The position numbers and the translations under genes are program-made. From positions 1 to 25,439 of IMG/VR virus record IMGVR_UViG_3300044448_003979: a stretch of DNA of 25,439 bases, one strand, 5' to 3'. The notes under the pieces were generated by a model. It saw nothing but the letters and a program-made list of their open reading frames with translations. It was not told the DNA's origin and searched no databases. Each line of letters opens with the position of its first letter. Position 1 is the first letter of the stretch. Positions 7,513 to 15,811 of the stretch are shown in pieces. Origin of the DNA: a virus (lineage: Duplodnaviria; Caudoviricetes).

Positions 7513-8192
7513 TGCTCGGAACAAGCAATAGAACGGTTTTACGTGAGGTGCAGAATGCACAACAACAGAATTTCAAGACGGTGAATAACCTATTGACGCT
7601 ACAAGAAAACCATGTCGAAGAATTCTTTGAATATCATGGTGAGAATTTTTTGTTTGCTTTGGAAAAACTCATGGAAGATGTTACAGAAAGAGTCGTAGCA
7701 AAAATGCTTGGAAGTTTGGAATTTGTTCACAATACAACCAACAATATGATTACTGTGCAAGACACCTGTTTGAGAGAATTTGAGAAAATTACACAAGAAA
7801 ACATTGATTTGGATATTCAAAATCTACTTGCAACTGCTTTGAATAGTGAAGTAATTATGCAGCGTAGGATGGCAAAACAACAATATTTAGAATCTCAAGG
7901 CTTTGGTTCAGGGCAACAAATTGGAAATCAACCAACAGGTGCAGGTCCGGCTCCCACAAATATTCAGGGTGTGCCACAAACGGGCGGAATGAATCAACAA
8001 ATGCAAATGCAACAAAATGCTATGAATAATCAAAGTGGTTATCCTGTTCCACCTGCTGGATATGACCAATACAATAATCCATATTGGGTGGACCCACAAA
8101 CAGGGCAAGCGACATATACACCGCCTCAAAGTGGACTTGGCTTATCTCGCGGTATTGCAAAAGCCGCAGCATGGGCTAAGTGGTTGGCATGA
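7512..8192 (+). CDS. Helical/coiled-coil protein with Q/P/G-rich disordered region and C-terminal amphipathic helix
   Basis: TAATG coupling to the upstream gene. Helical N-terminal ~125 aa, QQMQMQQ and YPVPPAGY low-complexity region, ends GLSRGIAKAAAWAKWLA. Confidence 0.75.
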   Translation: MLGTSNRTVLREVQNAQQQNFKTVNNLLTLQENHVEEFFEYHGENFLFALEKLMEDVTERVVAKMLGSLEFVHNTTNNMITVQDTCLREFEKITQENIDLDIQNLLATALNSEVIMQRRMAKQQYLESQGFGSGQQIGNQPTGAGPAPTNIQGVPQTGGMNQQMQMQQNAMNNQSGYPVPPAGYDQYNNPYWVDPQTGQATYTPPQSGLGLSRGIAKAAAWAKWLA

Positions 8193-9574
8193 TTGTGATA
8201 TGGTTGGATAATTCCAAAGTGGATTTGACTGATGAACTAATCAGGGAATCCTTTGAAAATTATGTTTTACAATCTCATATTGCTGAAGGTCCGACATTTA
8301 ATATTTCAAAATATCCTAATTGGATTGAGGATTTACCTGAAGATAATTCAGAAAATCATGAAAGAATTTTAACACATTTAAAATCAGAATGGAAAAAATT
8401 TCTTAAAACACCATTAAAGGAATTTGAAGAAATTACAGATAAAGTTAAGTCTCAAAGAATTCATGGAAGGGACGTAACAGTAGATGGAAAACAATATACA
8501 TCCACTAAACTTTTTGATACAGATGGGAATAAGGTTTCAGACATTAAACATGGAAGCACAAGAAATGCGGCTATTCGCGCATGGAAAAAGGTAAAAGCCG
8601 AAGAATTAGATAAACAAGTAACAGAAGAAGAAATTTCAGAATATCAGCCTATTGCAGAATGGGAATATGATAGAAAGACAAATAGAATTAAATTTTGGTA
8701 TTTGTTGCCATTTGATTCAACAGGAAATAAAGAAATGTTTATTGAAAGTTTTACAAATCCACAACTTATGGCAGATTGGATTGGATTTGATTGGGATAAT
8801 CAAGAAGCAGTAGATAAATTAATTACTGCAACAGAAGAAATTAGTAATTATTTTCAAGGAAAGACTAAACTTCCTCTTGATAGTTTTGATGAAATGTTAG
8901 AAATAACAGAAATGACAAAAAGTGATAGGGCTTTCCAATTTAAATTTAATTTCTTGGGTAGTAAAACACAATTAGAGAAACATATGAAAGACATAGGCGC
9001 AGGTAAATATGGCGAATTGACAAATATGAAAATGGCAGCGAAAACAACGAAGGGAGAAAAGGACACATTAAAGCGTATTCTTCCTGAACCTATTGCACGA
9101 CCTAAACAACAACCATCAAAGCCCCTCAATTATCCATTTTCAGTAGAAAAAGACGCAAAGGTTCTAACCACTAAAGCCGTCACAAAAAAATGGGTAAAAA
9201 ACAATGTAAGGAGTAGCATAGAAGAAATGTTACTAAACCCACGTTTCCATGCTCTAAACCCTCTTGAAATCCAAACTATTACTGTCACAGGGAATGCTTT
9301 TTATGAACCTGACATATTCAATATCAAAGTTAACTATACTATTGAGATAACAATTGAAGATAAATACGACGTAAAAGAAACAGAAAGCCTCCCTGCCAAA
9401 GCCCCTCCAACAGAAAGTAAAGTTGGTGGTGGGGCAGTTATTGGTGGGAAGAAAGCAGGTTCAATTAGCATCCAAAGCCAATTCAGGACATTAATTTACA
9501 ATCCTGTTCGCAGGGAATGGGGCAACCATGTGGCTGCACGAATACGAAGATTAGATGAAAAATTAGGTGATTAA
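8189..9574 (+). CDS. Hypothetical K/E-rich protein (461 aa)
   Basis: Long ORF filling the gap, ATGA overlap with the upstream stop. No recognisable motif. Confidence 0.75.
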   Translation: MIVIWLDNSKVDLTDELIRESFENYVLQSHIAEGPTFNISKYPNWIEDLPEDNSENHERILTHLKSEWKKFLKTPLKEFEEITDKVKSQRIHGRDVTVDGKQYTSTKLFDTDGNKVSDIKHGSTRNAAIRAWKKVKAEELDKQVTEEEISEYQPIAEWEYDRKTNRIKFWYLLPFDSTGNKEMFIESFTNPQLMADWIGFDWDNQEAVDKLITATEEISNYFQGKTKLPLDSFDEMLEITEMTKSDRAFQFKFNFLGSKTQLEKHMKDIGAGKYGELTNMKMAAKTTKGEKDTLKRILPEPIARPKQQPSKPLNYPFSVEKDAKVLTTKAVTKKWVKNNVRSSIEEMLLNPRFHALNPLEIQTITVTGNAFYEPDIFNIKVNYTIEITIEDKYDVKETESLPAKAPPTESKVGGGAVIGGKKAGSISIQSQFRTLIYNPVRREWGNHVAARIRRLDEKLGD

Positions 9575-9575
9575 A

Positions 9576-10700
9576 ATGGCAAAGTATTCCTCCCCATCAG
9601 ATTATTCAACGCTGAGTATTGATTATTCGCCATCAGGTTCAGGGCCGTCCTATGGATATTACACAAATTCAAATCTTGTTGCTCAATTATTACAAATTCC
9701 TGATTTTACAAATTCTACTAATCCTTCGGCCACCGAAGTTGGCACGATAATGAAGAGAGTAGAAGATTTCATTGATGAAAAAACAAGCACTTCTTGGAGA
9801 GAAATTTTCTACAAGGACGAATACCATAATTTTACTTTTACAGGAATCCATTATAACCTCCCAAAGTATTGGAATGATTACATTGGTTTTGTTCAATTAG
9901 ATAGACATGATGTTAGAAAAATTATCAAATTAGAAGTTTGGCAAGGAAGCACTTGGGTTGAATTGGCGTCATCAGTCGCTACAATCAAAATTACTGATTA
10001 TGATAACATTACAAGTATTACATTAAAAATACCGGGAAGAACTGCTTCATCGGGTGATGGAATTTTTGTTCTAAATACGGGTGCGTCTTCTTCTAATTTT
10101 GATAAAACAATTGGAACTTCAACCACCGCACATGAAATTGTCGCATTGATTAATGAAAGGTTCCCAACAGATACAGCAGATGTAACAGGTGCAACCGCAG
10201 CAAAAACACTGAAGGATAATAATAATTCAGGAAACAGAAATATTTCTGATTGGTTTTATGCAAGTGTAGATTCTGAAGATGGTTCTACGGTAAATATTGC
10301 ATCTTTATTGGGTGGGGATGATGGCACGAATTGCACAATTGATTCTTCGGGTTCAGGTTTATCAGTTACTCAATTTACAGACAAAGAAACTCAAAAAAGA
10401 TTAGGAGATTGGTGGAAAATTAATCGTGAAGGAAAGATTTTCTTTAGGAGAAATTTCCCATATTTGGAATACAATACTTGTCGAGTTACATACACTGCTG
10501 GTTCAAGTCGAGTTCCTTCTGTTATCACAGATGCCGCTACAAAATTAGTCGCTTGTGAATTATTGAGGCATAATGACCAAACAGTAATGATTGCAGAAAC
10601 AGGTTCACAAATTGACATTAAAACAAAACATGACTTGTTGAAAGAAGAGGCTATGGCAATTGTTGATGGGAAGAAAGAATCTGTGTTCTTTATTGAGTGA
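9576..10700 (+). CDS. Head-tail adaptor/connector (HK97 gp6 / SPP1 gp15-like) with inserted domain
   Basis: N-terminal helix VGTIMKRVEDFIDEKTSTSW and C-terminal RVTYTAGSSRVPSVITDAATKLVACELL are typical of gp6/gp15-like adaptors. SD AGGTGA at 9565-9570. Confidence 0.75.
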   Translation: MAKYSSPSDYSTLSIDYSPSGSGPSYGYYTNSNLVAQLLQIPDFTNSTNPSATEVGTIMKRVEDFIDEKTSTSWREIFYKDEYHNFTFTGIHYNLPKYWNDYIGFVQLDRHDVRKIIKLEVWQGSTWVELASSVATIKITDYDNITSITLKIPGRTASSGDGIFVLNTGASSSNFDKTIGTSTTAHEIVALINERFPTDTADVTGATAAKTLKDNNNSGNRNISDWFYASVDSEDGSTVNIASLLGGDDGTNCTIDSSGSGLSVTQFTDKETQKRLGDWWKINREGKIFFRRNFPYLEYNTCRVTYTAGSSRVPSVITDAATKLVACELLRHNDQTVMIAETGSQIDIKTKHDLLKEEAMAIVDGKKESVFFIE

Positions 10701-10705
10701 TTAAA

Positions 10706-10879
10706 ATGAATACAAGAAAATTCAAATCTATTCTCTCTCAAATTAAGAGGAATCTTCAAGACCAAGAAGAAGCATTTGAAGCATTTCACCCAAGTTTTGC
10801 ACGTTCAGCAGAAATCATAGAAGCAGAAGCATTGGAAATGGCACTTTCACAAATGATAGGAGAGGCAATCAATGGATGA
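10706..10879 (+). CDS. Small hypothetical neck-region protein (57 aa)
   Basis: Fills the gap between adaptor and terminator. GAGTGA leader, helical composition. Confidence 0.55.
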   Translation: MNTRKFKSILSQIKRNLQDQEEAFEAFHPSFARSAEIIEAEALEMALSQMIGEAING

Positions 10880-11429
10880 AGTCACTTATTTGATTAATTT
10901 ATTGAAGGGTGGAGGAATTACCCAAACTAAATTTACAGGAACAAATACATGGGCCGCTTCAGCAACAAGTCAAGGGGCATCGGGGCATCAAGTAACACCT
11001 ACAATTATTGATATTCGCAACATGGTGAAGAATAAAGCAGCAAGATACGACTTGTCAAATGCTGCTTCAGGTGAAACTTCTTCTGATTTAATTGTGGTTT
11101 TTGAGGATAGTCAAAGTATGGAAAATCCTACAATTGATTGGTCTGTTAGGAATGAAACTTACAGTTTAACATTACATATTCGGTGCATTCATGATGAACG
11201 TGGTGCAGCAGATGCAAACTATGCGCGTGATAGGTTGGAAAACCTCTATAAGATAGTCAAACATCGAATAGACGGGAACCGGCGTGGGGCTACCGTAACA
11301 GTAGGCTCGGACAGTAAAAGATTTGACCAAATTCATCTCGGAAATCGAACGGAGTCCAACGATAGGAGTAAAAGAATATTCGGCTACAAAATCACAATAG
11401 AGATGAAAAAATTCGCAGTTCCACTGTAA
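10872..11429 (+). CDS. Probable tail terminator / tail-completion protein
   Basis: Directly before the tail tube gene. Alpha/beta pattern (LIVVFED, YSLTLHIRC, LENLYKIVKHRI, IFGYKITIEM) like lambda gpU/SPP1 gp17-type proteins. Confidence 0.6.
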   Translation: MDEVTYLINLLKGGGITQTKFTGTNTWAASATSQGASGHQVTPTIIDIRNMVKNKAARYDLSNAASGETSSDLIVVFEDSQSMENPTIDWSVRNETYSLTLHIRCIHDERGAADANYARDRLENLYKIVKHRIDGNRRGATVTVGSDSKRFDQIHLGNRTESNDRSKRIFGYKITIEMKKFAVPL

Positions 11430-11454
11430 GTAAAAAAAGGAATGGGATTAAAAA

Positions 11455-13146
11455 ATGGTAAACACAGAAATTTGGATGGGGGCGCATCAAGCCCTGACGT
11501 TAGTGCCTGAAAGTGAATTATTTTTGGGATATAGCCCATCAGTATTAGCGGCTGCTGCAACAGGAAGTATGGGAACAGGGTCAAAAGCACATCTGTATAA
11601 GTTATCTACGGGTGCATTGTATGGTGCAACATCAAGTGGTGGCGGTGCTTTTTCATCAAAATATACATTGGTTGTAAATGCTTATTGCGGGTGTTTAGTT
11701 GATTTTTACAACGCAGCCGGAAACTATCAAGAAACTCTAATGGTTCATTCTAATGACAAAGATAATTTCTATTTTGCAGATGCATGGACTCATGGAAACC
11801 TTGATGCCGAATCTTTTGGAATTATGCGAAAGTATGGTGCAGTTGTTCCCGGTCCTTCAACAAATGATGGCGGTGGCCATGCTCAATCTACTCTTCTTTC
11901 AGACAATTGGCTTGGTCTTGTTAGCACTGCTTCATTTCCTAATGTAGAAGTTGAAATGAAACCAATGAATCTTGGATTGGGTGGACAAACTCGCAATATG
12001 ACTCTACAATTAAAGGGGCTTGAAACTGCAAGTGGTGGCAGTTTAGATATTGAAGCAAATCATGGTGCTTGGCTCTATTACGCATTGGGCCGTTGTGATG
12101 TTATCAATGCCACGTTTACAGGAGTAAGTGAGGTAACAAATCCTTTTGTTGGGACAGGTTCAGGTGAGTCGTATTTAATGGAAAGTGCCTCAACAGGGGA
12201 TAACACTGATGATGATGATAAATTTAGCCCACAAGGGCCATTGTTTTACAGAAGAATTGGAACTACAATGTGTCCACCTTTAGGCAAAAATCAAAGAGCC
12301 GAAACTTCAGATATGGAAAAATTAACCATTCCAACAATGAGTGCCGGTGCTATCGCTACTCCAATCACCTATACTTTTGGAGAGCAAAATACAAGTCTTT
12401 TACCTTCATTTGGTCTTGAAATTACCAATAGTAAATCAAACCCGACAGAAGCATTGACTACTGATGGTGGGGATGAAGTATTTACACGAATTGCTACGGG
12501 TAATATGGTCAATAGTTTGACGCTTTCTGCCAATGAAAATGAAGCATTAACAATGAGTCTTGATTTGAATACAAAAATGGTTATTGAGCCACAAGGCAGT
12601 GATACTACTGCTGCGGGCGCTGCTCATATTGCTCATCTAAACGTATCTGATGAACGAAGTTTCAAGAATTTTGGTTCAGGTGGCGGCGGAACATCAGACT
12701 TAGAGCAGGATTTCTTAACCCCATTCCATTTCTATGACGGAAGCATTTCACTACTTGGAACTCAATATCTCAAGATTACAAGTATGCAATTGTCAATCAA
12801 TAATAATTTGCAAGATAAGCGATATGTTGGAAATTACAACAAGAAGATTAAGACCGCAGTTCCCGGTAATCGTGACTATGAATTGACTTTCAGTGGTTAT
12901 GTTACAGATAAAACATTGTTTACAGAATTACTGAATGAAACAGAAACAGGGTCAAGTAGTCGAATTGACCTTAATTTCCAAAAGGATAACGGTGAACAAA
13001 TTCGACTACAATTTGATGATTATTACGTTACATCAAACACATGGGCTATTCCTGATGATAAAGGGCCAATTCAGGTAGATTGGACAATTGTTCCAAGAAC
13101 TTTGGCTTCTTGCACAGTCAAGAGCCATTGGGTATTAATGGGATGA
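11455..13146 (+). CDS. Major tail tube protein (siphovirus type) with extra domains
   Basis: GGSLDIE, LPSFGLE, VNSLTLSANENEALTMSLDL, ITSMQLSINNNL and GNRDYELTFSGYV are tail-tube strands. It lies upstream of TAC and tape measure. No sheath gene is present. Confidence 0.82.
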   Translation: MVNTEIWMGAHQALTLVPESELFLGYSPSVLAAAATGSMGTGSKAHLYKLSTGALYGATSSGGGAFSSKYTLVVNAYCGCLVDFYNAAGNYQETLMVHSNDKDNFYFADAWTHGNLDAESFGIMRKYGAVVPGPSTNDGGGHAQSTLLSDNWLGLVSTASFPNVEVEMKPMNLGLGGQTRNMTLQLKGLETASGGSLDIEANHGAWLYYALGRCDVINATFTGVSEVTNPFVGTGSGESYLMESASTGDNTDDDDKFSPQGPLFYRRIGTTMCPPLGKNQRAETSDMEKLTIPTMSAGAIATPITYTFGEQNTSLLPSFGLEITNSKSNPTEALTTDGGDEVFTRIATGNMVNSLTLSANENEALTMSLDLNTKMVIEPQGSDTTAAGAAHIAHLNVSDERSFKNFGSGGGGTSDLEQDFLTPFHFYDGSISLLGTQYLKITSMQLSINNNLQDKRYVGNYNKKIKTAVPGNRDYELTFSGYVTDKTLFTELLNETETGSSSRIDLNFQKDNGEQIRLQFDDYYVTSNTWAIPDDKGPIQVDWTIVPRTLASCTVKSHWVLMG

Positions 13147-13151
13147 TTAAA

Positions 13152-13460
13152 ATGGATATTAAAAAGCAGTTAAACGAATTTAGACAGATTGTCAAGGCTC
13201 CGCCTATTGAGAATCCGAGAAAAGAGAGAAAATACCCGAATGATAATATGTCAGATAAAGAAGTTGAAGAATTGTTTGAGAAAATAGTGGACCCGGCGAT
13301 AATAGAAGCGGAAAGGCGGGACTCACCAAGCGGTTTCATTCCATTAAAAACACTCGGAATGTCGCCTAAATTTGCAGGAAAAAAAGCAAAGCAATTTTAT
13401 GGTGATAAAGGATATGGAAAAATCTACACTAACGACGTAGATTTATGGATTTATTTTTAG
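13152..13460 (+). CDS. Hypothetical protein (102 aa) between tail tube and chaperone
   Basis: ATG 13152 lies just after the tail tube stop with a GGATGA leader. Charged composition. Confidence 0.6.
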   Translation: MDIKKQLNEFRQIVKAPPIENPRKERKYPNDNMSDKEVEELFEKIVDPAIIEAERRDSPSGFIPLKTLGMSPKFAGKKAKQFYGDKGYGKIYTNDVDLWIYF

Positions 13461-13469
13461 GTGATTACC

Positions 13470-13628
13470 ATGCCAAAAGAAGAAAAAGAAATGAAAGCGC
13501 AAAAGTGGCGCAGGGAACAAATTCCCAAAATACTTGCAAATATTCCTAAGCCCAAGAAACGCGGGCGACCACGCAAAAAGTTAGTAGAAAGTGGTGAAGA
13601 AAATGATGGAGAAAAAAATAGTAAGTGA
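13470..13628 (+). CDS. 52-aa basic peptide with AT-hook motif (not in ORF track)
   Basis: MPKEEKEMKAQKWRREQIPKILANIPKPKKRGRPRKKLVESGEENDGEKNSK*. SD AGGTGA at 13459-13464. Fills an otherwise empty gap. Confidence 0.65.
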   Translation: MPKEEKEMKAQKWRREQIPKILANIPKPKKRGRPRKKLVESGEENDGEKNSK

Positions 13629-13983
13629 TAAAAGCCAATTGTTTGTAAAGAAAGAAACTGAACCGCAATACGTTCGTGTTGCTAAGGATTCAGATGAATA
13701 CCTCAAGGTATGGGTTAAACAACCAACTTGGCTTCAAGTAGAGATGGCTATGGCAGCAGTAATGAAAGTAGACCCGAAAACACAAAGCATGGATATTGAT
13801 ATGAATGCTATGTATCGGTTTATGGTTGAAAATTTCATTGAAAAAACAGAACCGAGTTTGTCAATTGTAGACATTATGCGGCTCAATCCCTATGTTGGGA
13901 ATCAACTCAAAGAAATCCTCCCGAATCCAATGGATTCATTCAAGGAGGATGAAGAAAAAAACGGGCAATTAAGCGAGCAGTAA
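13603..13983 (+). CDS. Tail assembly chaperone (lambda gpG equivalent)
   Basis: 126 aa, located between tail tube and tape measure. GGTGA SD at 13593-13597. Ends with a slippery A-AAA-AAC site. Confidence 0.75.
   Translation: MMEKKIVSDKSQLFVKKETEPQYVRVAKDSDEYLKVWVKQPTWLQVEMAMAAVMKVDPKTQSMDIDMNAMYRFMVENFIEKTEPSLSIVDIMRLNPYVGNQLKEILPNPMDSFKEDEEKNGQLSEQ
13956..13962 (+). promoter_or_regulatory. Programmed -1 ribosomal frameshift slippery site A AAA AAC
   Basis: X-XXY-YYZ heptamer in the correct frame near the end of the TAC. The -1 frame is open (R-A-I-K-R-A-V-K-G-H-K-C-D-M...) and continuous with ORF 14001-14189. Confidence 0.8.
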
Positions 13984-14189
13984 AAGGTCATAAATGTGAC
14001 ATGAAAACTGCTTCGCAAATGGTTGTATACTCGTTAGCAAAAGCATTCAGTATTAGTCCTATGGAAGTTTACAAAATGCCTTCGGATATGGTTATGGATT
14101 TCTTGTCAATTCATTCAATAATAGAGGGGCAAAAGGCAGACGAAATAGATAAGCAAATGAAATCACATAAGAGCAAATTAAAGCGGTGA
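13962..14189 (+). CDS. Frameshift extension of the tail assembly chaperone (gpGT 'T' part)
   Basis: LAKAFSISPMEVYKMP resembles gpT-type helical motifs. The ATG at 14001 has no good SD and the ORF is reachable by -1 frameshift, giving a fusion of about 195 aa. Confidence 0.72.
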   Translation, partial: RAIKRAVKGHKCDMKTASQMVVYSLAKAFSISPMEVYKMPSDMVMDFLSIHSIIEGQKADEIDKQMKSHKSKLKR

Positions 14190-14194
14190 TTCAT

Positions 14195-15811
14195 ATGTCC
14201 ACTAATTTGAAAGAAACAGAAGAATCTTTAGATAGAATAACAAATTTGCTATACCAAGCACAGAAACCTGCTGAGGGTTTGGTTGCAAAATTTGGTGAAA
14301 GTGTATCTGAATCAAAGCAACTTCAAATCATAATGAGGTTCCTTTCGGGTTCTGCAACATGGCGTTTCTTGAATAAAATGAAAGCGGCTGCTATGATGAT
14401 TCAAACATGGAATAACAATATGGAAGAACACAATAAGCAACTAAGAGAAGCAGCAAATCAATATGCAGAAGAGGTTAAAATCCATAAGGAATTAAAGGAA
14501 ATGGCAGATGCATTATACAGCAAAAAATCAGACGAGCAACTTCTTCAATCAGAAATGGGCGTAGGTCTTAAAGAAATTTACGGAGAAGAATACGCTCGAT
14601 TTAAATTACAAGAAATGACCCTTGAGGGATTAGAGGCCCAAGAAAAAAAAATGAACGCGCTGGCTAAAATCAATATGCAAAGTAAAGATATTTTGGCGGC
14701 TTTAGACCCTGAAGGTGAAGGTGTAGCAGATAAAGAAACAAGAGAACGTCTACAAAAAGAAGGAGCAAGGCGCGGTTTGGGAAAAGTGAAAGACGGAAAA
14801 TGGGTTGAGCATTCAGGATTTAAAAAATTCTTTACAAAGAAATGGGCAGGATTTAAGAATGTATTTACAACAATAGGTGCATTTATGAAACAAGCAGGAA
14901 GAATGGCTTGGCAATATATCAAGGATGGTGCTAAATTAATTGGTTTGAGTTTGTTGTATATTGGTTTAATTGTAATGGCTGTTATTCTTTTGAAACCATT
15001 TTTTGTGAGAGTATGGGATGCTTGGAAAATGATTCAAGAAAAAAGTGGTTTATTTATTGAGGCTTGGGGTAATTTTGTAGAAAATTTCAGAGAAAGATGG
15101 GCCAACTTAAGTGGCGCTTTTATGAATTTTTGGAGATTATTGTGGGATAAAGAAGCCACATTCTCCGAAACCCTTTGGGCATTTTTGAAATTCATATGGG
15201 CAGGTGTTGAATTAGTATGGGGAACACTATGGGATTTATTTTTGGTTCTTGCAGCATTAGGGTGGGAATTATTAATGGCTGGTTTAATGGGTCTTGGTCA
15301 ATGGTTAGCAGATACGGCTGTTTGGCTTAAAGATAAATTTGTAGATTGGTTTAAACAAAAATTCATTGATGGGAAAAGTTGGTGGCAATCCGCACTACAA
15401 ATCATCATCACAGCAGCAGGTGTATATGCCGGTTGGATTGTTGGTGCAACACTTGCCTCATCAATAAATCCCGCATATGCTGTTGTTGGGTCAATAGCGT
15501 TAGCAGCAGCATCAGGTGTAGCGGCAAGTTGGATGGCCGGAAAAATGATGGGTTTTGCAAAGGGTGGCATTGTTCCGAGAAGTGGCTCATTTATGGTTGG
15601 TGAACGTGGCCCTGAAATAGTGAGTCTCCCAAGAGGGGCTAAAGTGACGCCAAATCATCAAATTCGCAATACAGGAGGAAATACAGTTCATGTTCATGTA
15701 TCAGGAAGAGTCGGTGCAAGTGACCAAGAAATTCGGGATATTGCCCGAAAGGTTGGCGCACAAGTTAGTCGTGAAATTAACAGGACTACACCATCAGGGG
15801 TGAGGCTATGA
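14195..15811 (+). CDS. Tail tape measure protein (538 aa)
   Basis: Helical N-terminus, periodic Trp/Phe repeats, hydrophobic segments, and C-terminal FAKGGIV...FMVGERGPEIVSLPRGAKVTP typical of TMPs. Directly after the TAC. Confidence 0.88.
   Translation: MSTNLKETEESLDRITNLLYQAQKPAEGLVAKFGESVSESKQLQIIMRFLSGSATWRFLNKMKAAAMMIQTWNNNMEEHNKQLREAANQYAEEVKIHKELKEMADALYSKKSDEQLLQSEMGVGLKEIYGEEYARFKLQEMTLEGLEAQEKKMNALAKINMQSKDILAALDPEGEGVADKETRERLQKEGARRGLGKVKDGKWVEHSGFKKFFTKKWAGFKNVFTTIGAFMKQAGRMAWQYIKDGAKLIGLSLLYIGLIVMAVILLKPFFVRVWDAWKMIQEKSGLFIEAWGNFVENFRERWANLSGAFMNFWRLLWDKEATFSETLWAFLKFIWAGVELVWGTLWDLFLVLAALGWELLMAGLMGLGQWLADTAVWLKDKFVDWFKQKFIDGKSWWQSALQIIITAAGVYAGWIVGATLASSINPAYAVVGSIALAAASGVAASWMAGKMMGFAKGGIVPRSGSFMVGERGPEIVSLPRGAKVTPNHQIRNTGGNTVHVHVSGRVGASDQEIRDIARKVGAQVSREINRTTPSGVRL

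Noticed and set aside
8040-8130. Bona fide WW domain in the Q/P-rich protein
   Set aside because: Only the second hairpin resembles WW. Both signature Trp positions are Tyr and the first strand is too short, so it is kept only as a remark.
11455-13146. Contractile tail sheath
   Set aside because: The size is sheath-like, but the motifs are tube-type and there is no separate tube or baseplate wedge gene.
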